From positions 7,996 through 71,995 of the forward strand of contig CABZMT010000004.1 in assembly GCA_902526965.1 (NCBI GenBank): a stretch of 64,000 nucleotides of DNA, in the 5' to 3' direction. The notes under the pieces are model-generated. The model did not search any database, had not been told where the DNA came from, and was given only the letters and a program-made list of their open reading frames with translations. The position numbers and the translations under genes were made by a program. Origin of the DNA: an uncultured Alphaproteobacteria bacterium. Lineage in GTDB: Bacteria; Pseudomonadota; Alphaproteobacteria; HIMB59. Positions 1 through 9,125 of the stretch are shown here, one piece after another (within the stretch, counting starts at the first letter, position 1; every line of letters starts with the position of its first letter).

Positions 1-527
1 TAAAATCATTGTGTGTTGTTTTTATTGAGTTCATTAGAGGAGTGCCCCTAATAACTCTTCTTTTTACAGCAAATGTTATGTTACCTCTTTTTTTACCAGA
101 TGGTGTAAACCCTGATAATTTATTAAGAGCCTTAGTTGCAGTCACGTTATTTCAATCAGCCTATATGGCTGAGGCAATTAGGGGTGGACTACAAGCCATA
201 CCAAAAGGACATATAGAGGCTGCTGACGCATTAGGTTTAACTTACTGGCAAACTACAAGAAAAATTATTTTACCCCAAGCATTAAAAATAGCTATTCCCC
301 CAATTGTAAATACATGTATTGGGCTTTTTAAAGATACTTCGCTTGTATTAATAATTGGTTTATTTGATTTGCTTGGTATAGGTCGTGCGGCACTAGCTGA
401 CATGACATGGACGAAACTTTATTACGAGGTTTATGTTTTTATTTCACTCGTATTTTTTATATTTTGCTTTGGTATGTCTCGCTATAGTCTATATTTAGAA
501 AAGAAATTAAAAACAGATAATAGTTAA
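1..527 (+). CDS. aapM: General L-amino acid ABC transporter permease (AapM/BztC-like), 5'-truncated by the window edge
   Basis: [11 protein letters not shown] and [21 protein letters not shown] motifs; frame stays open to the left edge. Confidence 0.88.
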   Translation, partial: KSLCVVFIEFIRGVPLITLLFTANVMLPLFLPDGVNPDNLLRALVAVTLFQSAYMAEAIRGGLQAIPKGHIEAADALGLTYWQTTRKIILPQALKIAIPPIVNTCIGLFKDTSLVLIIGLFDLLGIGRAALADMTWTKLYYEVYVFISLVFFIFCFGMSRYSLYLEKKLKTDNS

Positions 528-529
528 AT

Positions 530-1267
530 ATGGAACAAGTTATTCAATTAGAAAAAGTTAACAAATGGTTTGATGATTTTCATGTCCTAAAAGATATAGA
601 TTTGACTGTAACCAAAGGTCAAAAAATTGTTGTCTGTGGTCCAAGTGGATCTGGTAAATCTACAATGATCAGATGTATAAATAGATTAGAAGCTCACCAA
701 AAGGGACACATAACAGTACATGGCACTGAGTTAACTAATGATCTTAAAAATATTGATATTATTAGGAAAAATGTTGGTATGGTCTTTCAACAATTTAATC
801 TTTTTCCTCACTTATCTGTTCTTGATAATATCTCACTTGCACCTATCTGGGTTAAAAGGATGCCAAAAAAAGATGCTGAAGAAATAGCGATGTCTTATTT
901 AGAAAAAGTCAAGATACCAGAACAAGCTAAAAAATTCCCAGGACAGTTATCTGGAGGTCAACAACAAAGAGTAGCTATAGCTAGATCTCTTGCGATGAAC
1001 CCAGATATAATGTTGTTTGATGAGCCTACCTCTGCTCTTGATCCCGAAATGATCAAGGAAGTCTTAGACGTTATGATTCAACTTGCTGAAGAGGGGATGA
1101 CAATGTTAGTTGTAACACATGAGATGGGTTTTGCTAAAACTGTTGCTGACCAAATGATATTTATGGACGAAGGAAGAATTATAGAGCAAGCAACTCCAGA
1201 TGAATTCTTTAATAATCCTAAAAGTGATCGTACCAAACTATTTTTAAGTCAAATACTTAATCATTAA
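530..1267 (+). CDS. aapP: Amino acid ABC transporter ATP-binding subunit (AapP/BztD)
   Basis: Walker [18 protein letters not shown] signature, [12 protein letters not shown]. Confidence 0.93.
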   Translation: MEQVIQLEKVNKWFDDFHVLKDIDLTVTKGQKIVVCGPSGSGKSTMIRCINRLEAHQKGHITVHGTELTNDLKNIDIIRKNVGMVFQQFNLFPHLSVLDNISLAPIWVKRMPKKDAEEIAMSYLEKVKIPEQAKKFPGQLSGGQQQRVAIARSLAMNPDIMLFDEPTSALDPEMIKEVLDVMIQLAEEGMTMLVVTHEMGFAKTVADQMIFMDEGRIIEQATPDEFFNNPKSDRTKLFLSQILNH

Positions 1268-1272
1268 AATAA

Positions 1273-1899
1273 ATGAATGAAATTACAATGGCCCTAATAT
1301 CGGGCTGGATTGTATTTTATTTTGCTGTTTTTTTACCTGGCCCTAATACTTTTTTTGTAGCATCGGTTGGGATAAGTGGTCAGAAAAAACAAATTTGGGG
1401 GGCTGCTGTTGGAACTGCTATTGGCTCTTTTACTTGGTGCTTATTAGCTACTACGGGAATATCTTTTCTTATCTCTAATTTGATGGGTTGGGGTTTTATT
1501 TTATTAAAAATACTAGCAAGTCTTTATATGATCTATTTAGCATATCAAATTGGTAGTCAGTACTTTAGCTCTGAAAATCAACTTATTAAATTATCAAATG
1601 AGAGAGATTTTTTTCACAGCATGAAAAAAGCAGTAATCGTAGCCTATACTAATCCTAAAGCTTTTGCATTTTGGTCCGCTTTAGCAACGTTACAATTTAG
1701 TGAAAATTTAACTTTTAGTATTGCTTTAATTTTTGCTACAGGAAGTTTTTTTATATCTGCAATGAATTATTCAATTATTGGCCATTTTTTTGGAATTAAA
1801 AAGTTTTCAAACTACTTCAATAGACCTAAAAATATTATCAATTTAATATTTGCTGGTCTTTTCATATTTGTTGCTATTGAAATTTGGGTATTAAGTTAG
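1273..1899 (+). CDS. LysE/RhtB family amino acid exporter
   Basis: N-terminal PGPN and NPKA motifs; hydrophobic, 208 aa. Confidence 0.85.
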   Translation: MNEITMALISGWIVFYFAVFLPGPNTFFVASVGISGQKKQIWGAAVGTAIGSFTWCLLATTGISFLISNLMGWGFILLKILASLYMIYLAYQIGSQYFSSENQLIKLSNERDFFHSMKKAVIVAYTNPKAFAFWSALATLQFSENLTFSIALIFATGSFFISAMNYSIIGHFFGIKKFSNYFNRPKNIINLIFAGLFIFVAIEIWVLS

Positions 1900-1902
1900 G
1901 CA

Positions 1903-1924
1903 AAAAGCCCTAAATAGGGCTTTT
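1903..1924. terminator. Bidirectional intrinsic terminator
   Basis: AAAAGCCCTA-AA-TAGGGCTTTT inverted repeat between convergent genes. Confidence 0.85.
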
Positions 1925-2087
1925 AAAATTTTCTTATAAATCTTCTATCTAACTCTTTCTGCCTTCTCTCAAGGTCAATCATATCAATTGCTTGAGATAA
2001 ATAAGAAACTTCTTTGTTAGATTTTGTTTTTTGATCATTTTTTTCGTTAATAATTATATTTCTAATAGATTTAAATAAATTATTCAT
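1923..2087 (-). CDS. 54-aa small protein, DUF3563-like (not in the ORF track)
   Basis: Hand translation MNNLFKSIRNIIINEKNDQKTKSNKEVSYLSQAIDMIDLERRQKELDRRFIRKF; YLxQAxDxxDLERR motif; start overlaps the upstream stop (TAATG). Confidence 0.75.
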   Translation of the reverse strand: MNNLFKSIRNIIINEKNDQKTKSNKEVSYLSQAIDMIDLERRQKELDRRFIRKF

Positions 2088-2266
2088 TACGCAGCCTCTT
2101 TCATGTTATTAGGAAAAGATTGATTTCTTTGATATTGAGAGTATGCCCATTGCCAATCGTTGCCATATTCAACTTTGCAAAAATTAATAATACTATCTTC
2201 TTTTTTACTAAAAAAAGACAACCAGAAATTTAGAGATCGCTCTGTAAATCCAAAAATTTTATTCAT
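2087..2266 (-). CDS. 59-aa small hypothetical protein (not in the ORF track)
   Basis: Hand translation MNKIFGFTERSLNFWLSFFSKKEDSIINFCKVEYGNDWQWAYSQYQRNQSFPNNMKEAA; GAAAGGA SD upstream; coupled to the next ORF. Confidence 0.75.
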   Translation of the reverse strand: MNKIFGFTERSLNFWLSFFSKKEDSIINFCKVEYGNDWQWAYSQYQRNQSFPNNMKEAA

Positions 2267-2430
2267 TTTTTATAATTCCTTTCAAACATACATATAGGCC
2301 TAAAAAAATATTTTACTTTTGCTAAAAACAGACGGCTGATGTCTTTTTATGAGACTGCCAAAAAAATTTCATTAAAAAATTTTAAATTTGTATGTAGTCA
2401 ATATTGCAAAAATAATGATAGGTTCGCTGT

Positions 2431-3510
2431 ATGGACTATAAGATTTTTGATGGTCATAACGATGTTTTATTTAGGCTTTTTTTAAAGAAAAACCTAAACT
2501 CTCACCTTGATTTTATAGATGGAGATAATGAGGGCCATTTAGATCTTCCACGAATGAACCAAGCTAATTTCAAAGGGGGTTTGTTTGCAATTTACGTCCC
2601 AACTCCAGAACATTCTATTTCTGACTCAGATAAATTAGTTAATTACAAAGATATGGAACAAAATGAATATTCATTACCATTACCAGGATCTGTTGATGTG
2701 AATGATGCTCTACCTATTGTTTTAAATCAAATATCAATCCTTTCTAAAATTGAGAGAAACTCTGGCAACAGAGTTAAAATTTGTTTATCTAGTGATGATC
2801 TAGAGACTTCATTTAATGAGAATAGTAATCAATTATCTGTTTTGATGCACATTGAAGGTGCAGAGTGCATAGATAAAAACTTTTACAATCTTGAAACACT
2901 TTACCGAGCTGGTCTTAGATCTGTTGGACCAGTTTGGTCAAGACCTACACTATTCGCAGAGGGCGTTCCCTTCGCATTCCCACAGTCACCTGATATTGGC
3001 GAGGGTTTAACTGATATTGGAATAGAACTAATAAAAAATTGTAATTATCTTAAAATGTTAATTGATACTTCTCATTTAAATGAAAAAGGATTTTGGGATA
3101 TTGCTAAATACTCAACATCACCCTTAGTCGCAACACATAGCAATGCTCATGAAATATGCCCACATTCTAGAAATCTCACAAATAAGCAATTAGATGCGAT
3201 CAAAGAAACAGAAGGTATGGTTGGGGTTAATTTTGCACCTGCTTTTTTGAGAAGAGATGGAAAAATGGTCTCTGATACAGAATTACAAATAATTGTAGAC
3301 CATTTTAAATATCTCATTGACTATCTTGGAGAAGACAAAGTAGGTTTTGGATCTGACTTTGATGGAGCTATGATGCCAAAAGATCTTAATAGTGTATTAG
3401 GAATGCAGAAATTAATTGAATTATTATCGAAGCAAGATTTTAATGAAAAACTAATGATTAAAATTACCCATTCAAACTGGATAAATCTTTTAAAAAGAGT
3501 ACTAAATTAA
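2431..3510 (+). CDS. Membrane dipeptidase family M19
   Basis: DGHND, HIEGAE, DTSH, THSN, GSDFDG motifs. Confidence 0.92.
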   Translation: MDYKIFDGHNDVLFRLFLKKNLNSHLDFIDGDNEGHLDLPRMNQANFKGGLFAIYVPTPEHSISDSDKLVNYKDMEQNEYSLPLPGSVDVNDALPIVLNQISILSKIERNSGNRVKICLSSDDLETSFNENSNQLSVLMHIEGAECIDKNFYNLETLYRAGLRSVGPVWSRPTLFAEGVPFAFPQSPDIGEGLTDIGIELIKNCNYLKMLIDTSHLNEKGFWDIAKYSTSPLVATHSNAHEICPHSRNLTNKQLDAIKETEGMVGVNFAPAFLRRDGKMVSDTELQIIVDHFKYLIDYLGEDKVGFGSDFDGAMMPKDLNSVLGMQKLIELLSKQDFNEKLMIKITHSNWINLLKRVLN

Positions 3511-3552
3511 GATCAAATTTATTGAACTGAAACTTTAGTAAAAAAAAAATTC

Positions 3553-3561
3553 TGATATAAT
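3553..3561 (+). promoter_or_regulatory. Extended -10 promoter (TGnTATAAT) with leaderless geometry
   Basis: TGA-TATAAT followed by exactly 6 nt and then the ATG at 3568. Confidence 0.65.
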
Positions 3562-3567
3562 TTCTAC

Positions 3568-3753
3568 ATGGGATTACATTTTGACTATAAATCAAAAGCT
3601 GGTGAAAGAGCTATGGAGAAAGAACGAAAACGTCAAGAAAAGCTTGCAGCGAAAAAAGCTAAAAGAGAAGCTAAGAAAGAGGCAGAAGAATTAGCTGAAT
3701 TAGAGCGTCTTACAAATCCAAATGCTCCACATGAGGGAAATCAGGAACAATAA
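3568..3753 (+). CDS. Small charged (K/E/A-rich) helical protein
   Basis: 61 aa; own consensus promoter; fills the gap between genes. Confidence 0.7.
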   Translation: MGLHFDYKSKAGERAMEKERKRQEKLAAKKAKREAKKEAEELAELERLTNPNAPHEGNQEQ

Positions 3754-3800
3754 TCTGATTAACTTCAATTATATGAATTTTTTCGATCTGTAGTATCGAC

Positions 3801-4514
3801 TTAAATCTCTTTTAACTTATATTTTCTTTGTTCTTCAGACATAGAATTAACTTGTTTCTCATACCAAATTTTAAAATCAGTTGAAGTATCCTCGTAAAGA
3901 ATAACTTTTTTTCTTATAAGGAAAATGCCAATATCACTTTTAGGAACACCAATGAAAGTTTGTCTTTCAGTATGCATAACTTTAATGTTTTTTTGAAGAG
4001 GCTCATGTTCACATAAAAAATATCCATAGTGCTCCCCCCAAACATACCTAATTATAGGTGTTGTGGCCTCAACCATCATTTGCACATATTTATTTTCATT
4101 TTTGAGAAAATTTTCCATACCAGGTACAGGTTGATGAATTTGTGCAAAACTAAGACCAATTTTTTCTTTAGGTTTCCAAACAGATGGAAAAGACACGTGT
4201 AAAGCTATAAGCTTATTTGATCTGTGAAAAATTGCTATGTCCTCTTGGATAGCATAACCAAGCTCAACAAAATTATTGAAATTAATTGTCTTTGAGGGAT
4301 ATTCACTTTTTAAAATACTTTTTAACTTATTGCATATAGCTTTATCCGTTTCTGCTGAGTAATAATCATCAAAAAAAATATTCTCCTTACATTTTTTTTT
4401 CAAATTTAAGTATCTGTTTTGATGCTCATCAAATTCTATAATTGGCAAATCATTTATCTTTTTTATTCCAGGAGCTACAGAATAAATAGGTCCATATGGT
4501 TCCCAATCAATCAT
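3801..4514 (-). CDS. DUF3445 family (heme-dependent oxidative N-demethylase alpha-like) protein
   Basis: QEDIAI...FPSVWKPKEKIGLSFAQIHQPVPG and ERQT motifs. Confidence 0.7.
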   Translation of the reverse strand: MIDWEPYGPIYSVAPGIKKINDLPIIEFDEHQNRYLNLKKKCKENIFFDDYYSAETDKAICNKLKSILKSEYPSKTINFNNFVELGYAIQEDIAIFHRSNKLIALHVSFPSVWKPKEKIGLSFAQIHQPVPGMENFLKNENKYVQMMVEATTPIIRYVWGEHYGYFLCEHEPLQKNIKVMHTERQTFIGVPKSDIGIFLIRKKVILYEDTSTDFKIWYEKQVNSMSEEQRKYKLKEI

Positions 4515-5224
4515 TTTGTAAAAAAAATCAATATGCCAATTAAAGTGATAGCAATAATTATAAGCCTTTTAAATAGGTTCTCAGGTATTTTTTTGTGAAC
4601 ATAATAACCTATCCAAACACTCAACATTACTAAAAAAGCTATTGGATAATACGTTTTGACAATATTTAAATAACTCCCTCCAAGAAAAACAAAAAATAAT
4701 GCTCTCAATGAGTTAATAATAAAAAAATATCCAGCCATAGTAGACCTCAGCTCCTGTTTTGAAGAAAAACTATCTTTATAACCCATCAATACAAAAGGTC
4801 CTCCAATGGTGTAAATTCCTTGAATAAAACCACCTAAAATTACAAAAAATTTTTTTAAAATTTGAGGAAATATTATATTTGGAAAAAATAGGTTAAAGCA
4901 TCCATAGACAATTAAAATTAAGGAAAATATTTTTATTAAAACATCTGATGTTAAATAATTAATAAAATATGTTCCAATGAGAGCCCCGGGAATTGTGTAG
5001 ATCAAAATTTTGATTAGGTGTTTTGTAGAAACATATTTGTATGATTGAATTAAAACTGCCAAACCAGAGGATAGGCCAACAATCATCGCTAGTTTTAATA
5101 GGGAGTTAAAATCAAAGAAAAATCCACTAAGTCCTAAAAAAATTATAGTTCCACCAAAACCAAAAATACTCTCAATTGCATAAGCAAAACATGCTATTAT
5201 CGCAATTATTGAAAAATTTGGCAT
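4511..5224 (-). CDS. TauE/SafE (TSUP) sulfite exporter family protein
   Basis: GFGG near the N-terminus, GGP motif, about 8 hydrophobic segments. Confidence 0.8.
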   Translation of the reverse strand: MPNFSIIAIIACFAYAIESIFGFGGTIIFLGLSGFFFDFNSLLKLAMIVGLSSGLAVLIQSYKYVSTKHLIKILIYTIPGALIGTYFINYLTSDVLIKIFSLILIVYGCFNLFFPNIIFPQILKKFFVILGGFIQGIYTIGGPFVLMGYKDSFSSKQELRSTMAGYFFIINSLRALFFVFLGGSYLNIVKTYYPIAFLVMLSVWIGYYVHKKIPENLFKRLIIIAITLIGILIFFTK

Positions 5225-5270
5225 CTAAATCTATTTAACAATCTAGAATGTTTTATGTTAAAAGTAATCT

Positions 5271-5852
5271 ATGTATTTGAAAATAATATTTTCTTTTTTT
5301 GTATTATTATTTTTTAAAACAAATTTATTGTATGCGCTCTCCCAAGATATCTCTTTAACGATAATGGTTCGATCTACACTGGGCACAGAATACATACTTG
5401 CTAAAAGCATATGTAAAGTTTTGGCTAGAGAGCTAGAGATATCACATAGTTATGGAGGGTCCAACACTTTAGAATGCGATACACGTCATGACGATAGTGT
5501 TGATGAAATCATTAAAAAAATTGAACAAAATCAATTTCAATATGCAATTATAAAAAAATCAGATTTATTTGAGCGACCATCTAACTTATCTCTACGTTCA
5601 ATTTTAAATTTTCCTGCAGATAATGACTATGTCTTCATTTCAAATCAAAATGTGGATCCTAATGTTATAAAAGATATTAACTTTGGGATCATGAATCATT
5701 TGTTAGAGTTTCGCTATCTACACAATTCATTCTTTGAATTTTCAGAGAGTAATTTGATTGTTAAACAAGAGATCCCATTACATTTAGGAACTCTTAAATT
5801 TAGTGACGAGTGGAGCAATGGAAAAAGAAGAAGGTTTACAGAGGTAGACTGA
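5271..5852 (+). CDS. Shortened TAXI-type TRAP solute-binding-like protein
   Basis: Signal peptide, GTEYILAKSICKVL and C-terminal IPLHLG resemble TAXI motifs; only 193 aa. Confidence 0.55.
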   Translation: MYLKIIFSFFVLLFFKTNLLYALSQDISLTIMVRSTLGTEYILAKSICKVLARELEISHSYGGSNTLECDTRHDDSVDEIIKKIEQNQFQYAIIKKSDLFERPSNLSLRSILNFPADNDYVFISNQNVDPNVIKDINFGIMNHLLEFRYLHNSFFEFSESNLIVKQEIPLHLGTLKFSDEWSNGKRRRFTEVD

Positions 5853-5983
5853 TCTTAACAAATCCATCAGTTACTACATAAATAAATATTAAGGCAAAAA
5901 AAATTCCACCAACAAACACCTTCATGAATCAAACTTACTAAATAGATTTTAGGTGTAAAGTATATAAACTGTGCAAAATTGTC

Positions 5984-6595
5984 ATGAATGAGTTTGTTTT
6001 TGGTTTTTCAACAGGTTTAAGTCTAATACTAGCAATAGGAGCACAGAATTTATTTGTAATAGAGCAGGGTATAAAAAAAAATAATATATTATTAGTTTCA
6101 TCGATCTGCATACTAGGTGATTTTTTATTAATTTTTTTTGGGATTTTTCTATTTCATTTTATTAAAAATTTTATCAATGATCTAATCAATCTATTATTAT
6201 CTTTATGTCTAGTACTCTTTCTCTTAAATTTTATATGGTTGAAATTAAAAACATTTAAATATGATATTGAATTTTCACAAACTAACTCACAAACATCAAA
6301 GTCAAAAATAGCTTTACAAACTCTTGCTTTTACTTTCCTAAATCCTCATGTTTATTCAGATACTGTTTTCATTTTAGGGAATTTATCAAAAAATTTCTTA
6401 TCTATTTCTGATAAGGTCTTGTTTGGACTAGGTGCTAGTCTAGCATCTTTTATTTTTTTTTACTTGTTAGGCTATGGTGCTCAATCACTAAGAGTATATT
6501 TTTTGAACAAAAAAGTGTGGAGAATTATTAATACTATTATTATTTGTTATTTACTAATTCTTACTATATCGATTATTTATACAGAAATAATCTAA
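5984..6595 (+). CDS. LysE/ArgO family amino acid exporter
   Basis: LILAIGAQNLFV and TFLNPHVYSDTV motifs. Confidence 0.9.
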   Translation: MNEFVFGFSTGLSLILAIGAQNLFVIEQGIKKNNILLVSSICILGDFLLIFFGIFLFHFIKNFINDLINLLLSLCLVLFLLNFIWLKLKTFKYDIEFSQTNSQTSKSKIALQTLAFTFLNPHVYSDTVFILGNLSKNFLSISDKVLFGLGASLASFIFFYLLGYGAQSLRVYFLNKKVWRIINTIIICYLLILTISIIYTEII

Positions 6596-6645
6596 TTTTC
6601 GAAATTTCAAATCAATACTTTCTTTAGAAATATAATAATTGTTAG

Positions 6646-6664
6646 TTGCATAGTTGTTATGCAA
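6646..6664. promoter_or_regulatory. Palindromic operator, LysR-type-like
   Basis: Perfect TTGCATA-N5-TATGCAA inverted repeat in a convergent intergenic gap, 31 nt upstream of TATTAT (6696-6701). Confidence 0.55.
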
Positions 6665-6707
6665 TGATAGCACGACATTCTTTTTCAATATTATGTATTA
6701 TTAAATG

Positions 6708-6794
6708 AGGAGCAGTTCAAAAAAGTTTCAAACAACTCCGTGTTGATATAGATTCTTAGTTATTCCCTCCTAGTTATAACGGACTGCTCCCTTT
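6708..6794 (+). ncRNA. Candidate small RNA with an anti-SD loop
   Basis: 10-bp closing stem GGAGCAGUUC (6709-18)/GGACUGCUCC (6781-90); GUUAU/AUAAC hairpin presenting UCCCUCC; -10 box 6 nt upstream. Confidence 0.45.
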
Positions 6795-8132
6795 AACAAG
6801 GCTTGCTTGATTTTTGAATATATAACGCATATGAAAATATACGAAAACTGAGCCTAGTAAATTTGTAAAAAATATTGCCCACCAAATGCCTATTAAGCCT
6901 TTTTCGAAAGTCTCTGAAAACAAATATATTACAAATGGTGGTAAAAACACCAATCTAACAAAAGTATAGAAGACATTCACAGAAGGTTTTCTTAAACCAG
7001 AAAGCACAGAGTCACATCTATCAATAACTTGATATACAAAAGCCAAAAACGCTACCATAAATAAGTAACTACCAGCAATAATTATTACCTCGCTATCTCT
7101 TGAAAAAAAACCAGCTATTCTCTCACCAGCAAATATAAGTACCACTGCTCCAAAAATCATCATTGTCAAAGATAACCTCAGTGAAATTAAAAAAGCTTCA
7201 TAAATTCTCCCAAAATTCTTCGAACCAAAATTTTGTCCAACCATACTTAATAAAGCACTACTAAATCCTATGGCAGGTAACAAAATAATTTGCTCAATTC
7301 TTAGAGCTATACCGTAAGCTGCACTAGCTGATGCACCATAACCTGTCACAAATTTCTGCATTATGAAGAAACCAACGGCTATCATAAACATATTCAAACT
7401 AGAAGGAATTGATTGTCTTAAAATTCTTAAGACAAATTTTAATTCTAGCCTAATATAATTGTAGCTGAAATAACTAAATAATGGGCTACGAATAGCATAG
7501 TAGCTTAGAAAGAAAAAATGAAATAATTGAGATATGACTGTCGCAAGAGCTATGCCAAGTGTTCCCAAAGCAGGAAAAGGACCATAGCCTAAAGATAAGA
7601 ATGGACTAAATATTAAATTAATAAAAAAGCTTATAATCAAAGCATTTCTATTTTTTTTGGTATCTCCCTGCGCATATAATAGAGAATTGACAACAAAAGA
7701 AACTATAAAGATTGGGGCGCCTATTGATAGAATTTTAATATACTTAAGACCGTTACTTAAAAATATACCTTCCGCTCCAAAATATAAAAATACAGGTTTA
7801 GATAATAAAAAGGTTATAAGCCCTATAGTAACAGAAACTAATAAAGTGATAACTAGTGCTTGAATATGTATCTTAATTGCTTCATTAAATTTTTTTTTGC
7901 CAATAGCTATAGAAACAAGAGCGGTTGTACCTTGTCCAAAACCTACAGCGAAGGCTAATAAAATAAAATATAAGGGGTAAGAAATAGATAAACCTGCAAT
8001 AGCCTCTGTGCTTATAAGACCTGCATAAAAAGTATCAACAACATTATAAAGAGTATAAAACAACAGACCAGTTCCTGCTGGAACAGCCATACTAATTAAT
8101 TGTTTTTTTATATCGCCATTAGTGAGATCCAT
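6774..8132 (-). CDS. MATE family efflux transporter
   Basis: DLTNGDIKKQL, YNVVDTFY and VGQNFGS motifs; 452 aa, two-fold repeat architecture. Confidence 0.92.
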   Translation of the reverse strand: MDLTNGDIKKQLISMAVPAGTGLLFYTLYNVVDTFYAGLISTEAIAGLSISYPLYFILLAFAVGFGQGTTALVSIAIGKKKFNEAIKIHIQALVITLLVSVTIGLITFLLSKPVFLYFGAEGIFLSNGLKYIKILSIGAPIFIVSFVVNSLLYAQGDTKKNRNALIISFFINLIFSPFLSLGYGPFPALGTLGIALATVISQLFHFFFLSYYAIRSPLFSYFSYNYIRLELKFVLRILRQSIPSSLNMFMIAVGFFIMQKFVTGYGASASAAYGIALRIEQIILLPAIGFSSALLSMVGQNFGSKNFGRIYEAFLISLRLSLTMMIFGAVVLIFAGERIAGFFSRDSEVIIIAGSYLFMVAFLAFVYQVIDRCDSVLSGLRKPSVNVFYTFVRLVFLPPFVIYLFSETFEKGLIGIWWAIFFTNLLGSVFVYFHMRYIFKNQASLVKGSSPL

Positions 8133-8181
8133 TTAAAATTTATTAATTCCTAATTTTTTTAAGCAAATTATTTCAATAGCT

Positions 8182-8565
8182 TTATTGAGATCTTGCGTGA
8201 ATAAATGACTTAACACAAAGGAAAATAAAAAAAATTCCAGTCAAAAGCATCATTATTTTTGATATATCCGCCCAAAAATTAATAAAAATTGTGTCAATAC
8301 CTCGTAAAATATCTAAACCTCCTAAAACTACAACTAATCCAATAAAAACTACTATATGCATAAAAAGCTTCTTTCTTCTTGGAACATATAAAGCTAAAAG
8401 AGAAAAAAATAATATACAGACTCCAATTAAGGAGGGTATGTAAGATGTAATTGAGCTACTCTGACTAAACAATCTTATAAAAACCCCCCAAATTATTAAA
8501 AAAATCCCATAAAAAGAAGATATTTTTTCCATGTTGTAACCTAAAAATTTGAATTCTTGAACCAT
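8182..8565 (-). CDS. Small 4-TM membrane protein; start may be the ATG at 8532
   Basis: Hydrophobic helices, SITSYIP, MHI and C-terminal SFIHAR. Confidence 0.7.
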   Translation of the reverse strand: MVQEFKFLGYNMEKISSFYGIFLIIWGVFIRLFSQSSSITSYIPSLIGVCILFFSLLALYVPRRKKLFMHIVVFIGLVVVLGGLDILRGIDTIFINFWADISKIMMLLTGIFFIFLCVKSFIHARSQ

Positions 8566-8621
8566 GCTTTTTCTTACACTAATTAATTGCTCTATTCAAA
8601 TAACTTATGTAATAAGGCTCA

Positions 8622-9125
8622 ATGAAAAAAATTTTTATCTATTCTTCCTCCAATGGACAATCCTTAAAAATTTGTGAAACTCTTAATGAAGAAAAAGAAT
8701 CTTTAATATTAAATATAGACAGATTAAATAGTGTTAATTTAGATAATTTTGACCAGATAATTATCGGTGCGTCAGTAAAATATGGAGATCATAATAAGAA
8801 AATTTATAATTTTGTTAAAAATAATAAAATTTTACTAAAAAGAAAAAAAACAGTTTTTTTTTCTGTAAATGCTACCGCAAGGAAATCTGAGAAAAATAAA
8901 CCTAATACAAATCCATATATTACAAAGTTTCTAAAAAAAACAAATTGGAAACCAGATCATATTGGAGTATTTGCTGGAAAGATAGATTTTCCAAATTATA
9001 ACTTTTTAGAAAAATACATAATTAAGTTTATTATGTGGATAACAAATGGTCCAACGGATACAACAAAAACTTATGAATTTACAGATTGGGATGCAGTTAA
9101 AAAATTTTCTAGAGAAATCAATTAA
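8622..9125 (+). CDS. hemG: Flavodoxin-type protoporphyrinogen IX dehydrogenase HemG
   Basis: YSSSNGQS, IGASVKYG, SVNATARK, FAGKIDFPNY, EFTDW motifs; next to the hem operon. Confidence 0.92.
   Translation: MKKIFIYSSSNGQSLKICETLNEEKESLILNIDRLNSVNLDNFDQIIIGASVKYGDHNKKIYNFVKNNKILLKRKKTVFFSVNATARKSEKNKPNTNPYITKFLKKTNWKPDHIGVFAGKIDFPNYNFLEKYIIKFIMWITNGPTDTTKTYEFTDWDAVKKFSREIN

Noticed and set aside
6705-6746. 13-aa ORF MRSSSKKFQTTPC inside the candidate sRNA
   Set aside because: The ATG lies only 3 nt after the -10 box (upstream of the predicted +1), with no SD and no features
6701-6796. The candidate RNA read as SRP RNA, 6S RNA, tmRNA or tRNA
   Set aside because: It lacks the SRP CAGG-GNRA-AGCAG arrangement and T-loop/CCA features, and it is too short for 6S
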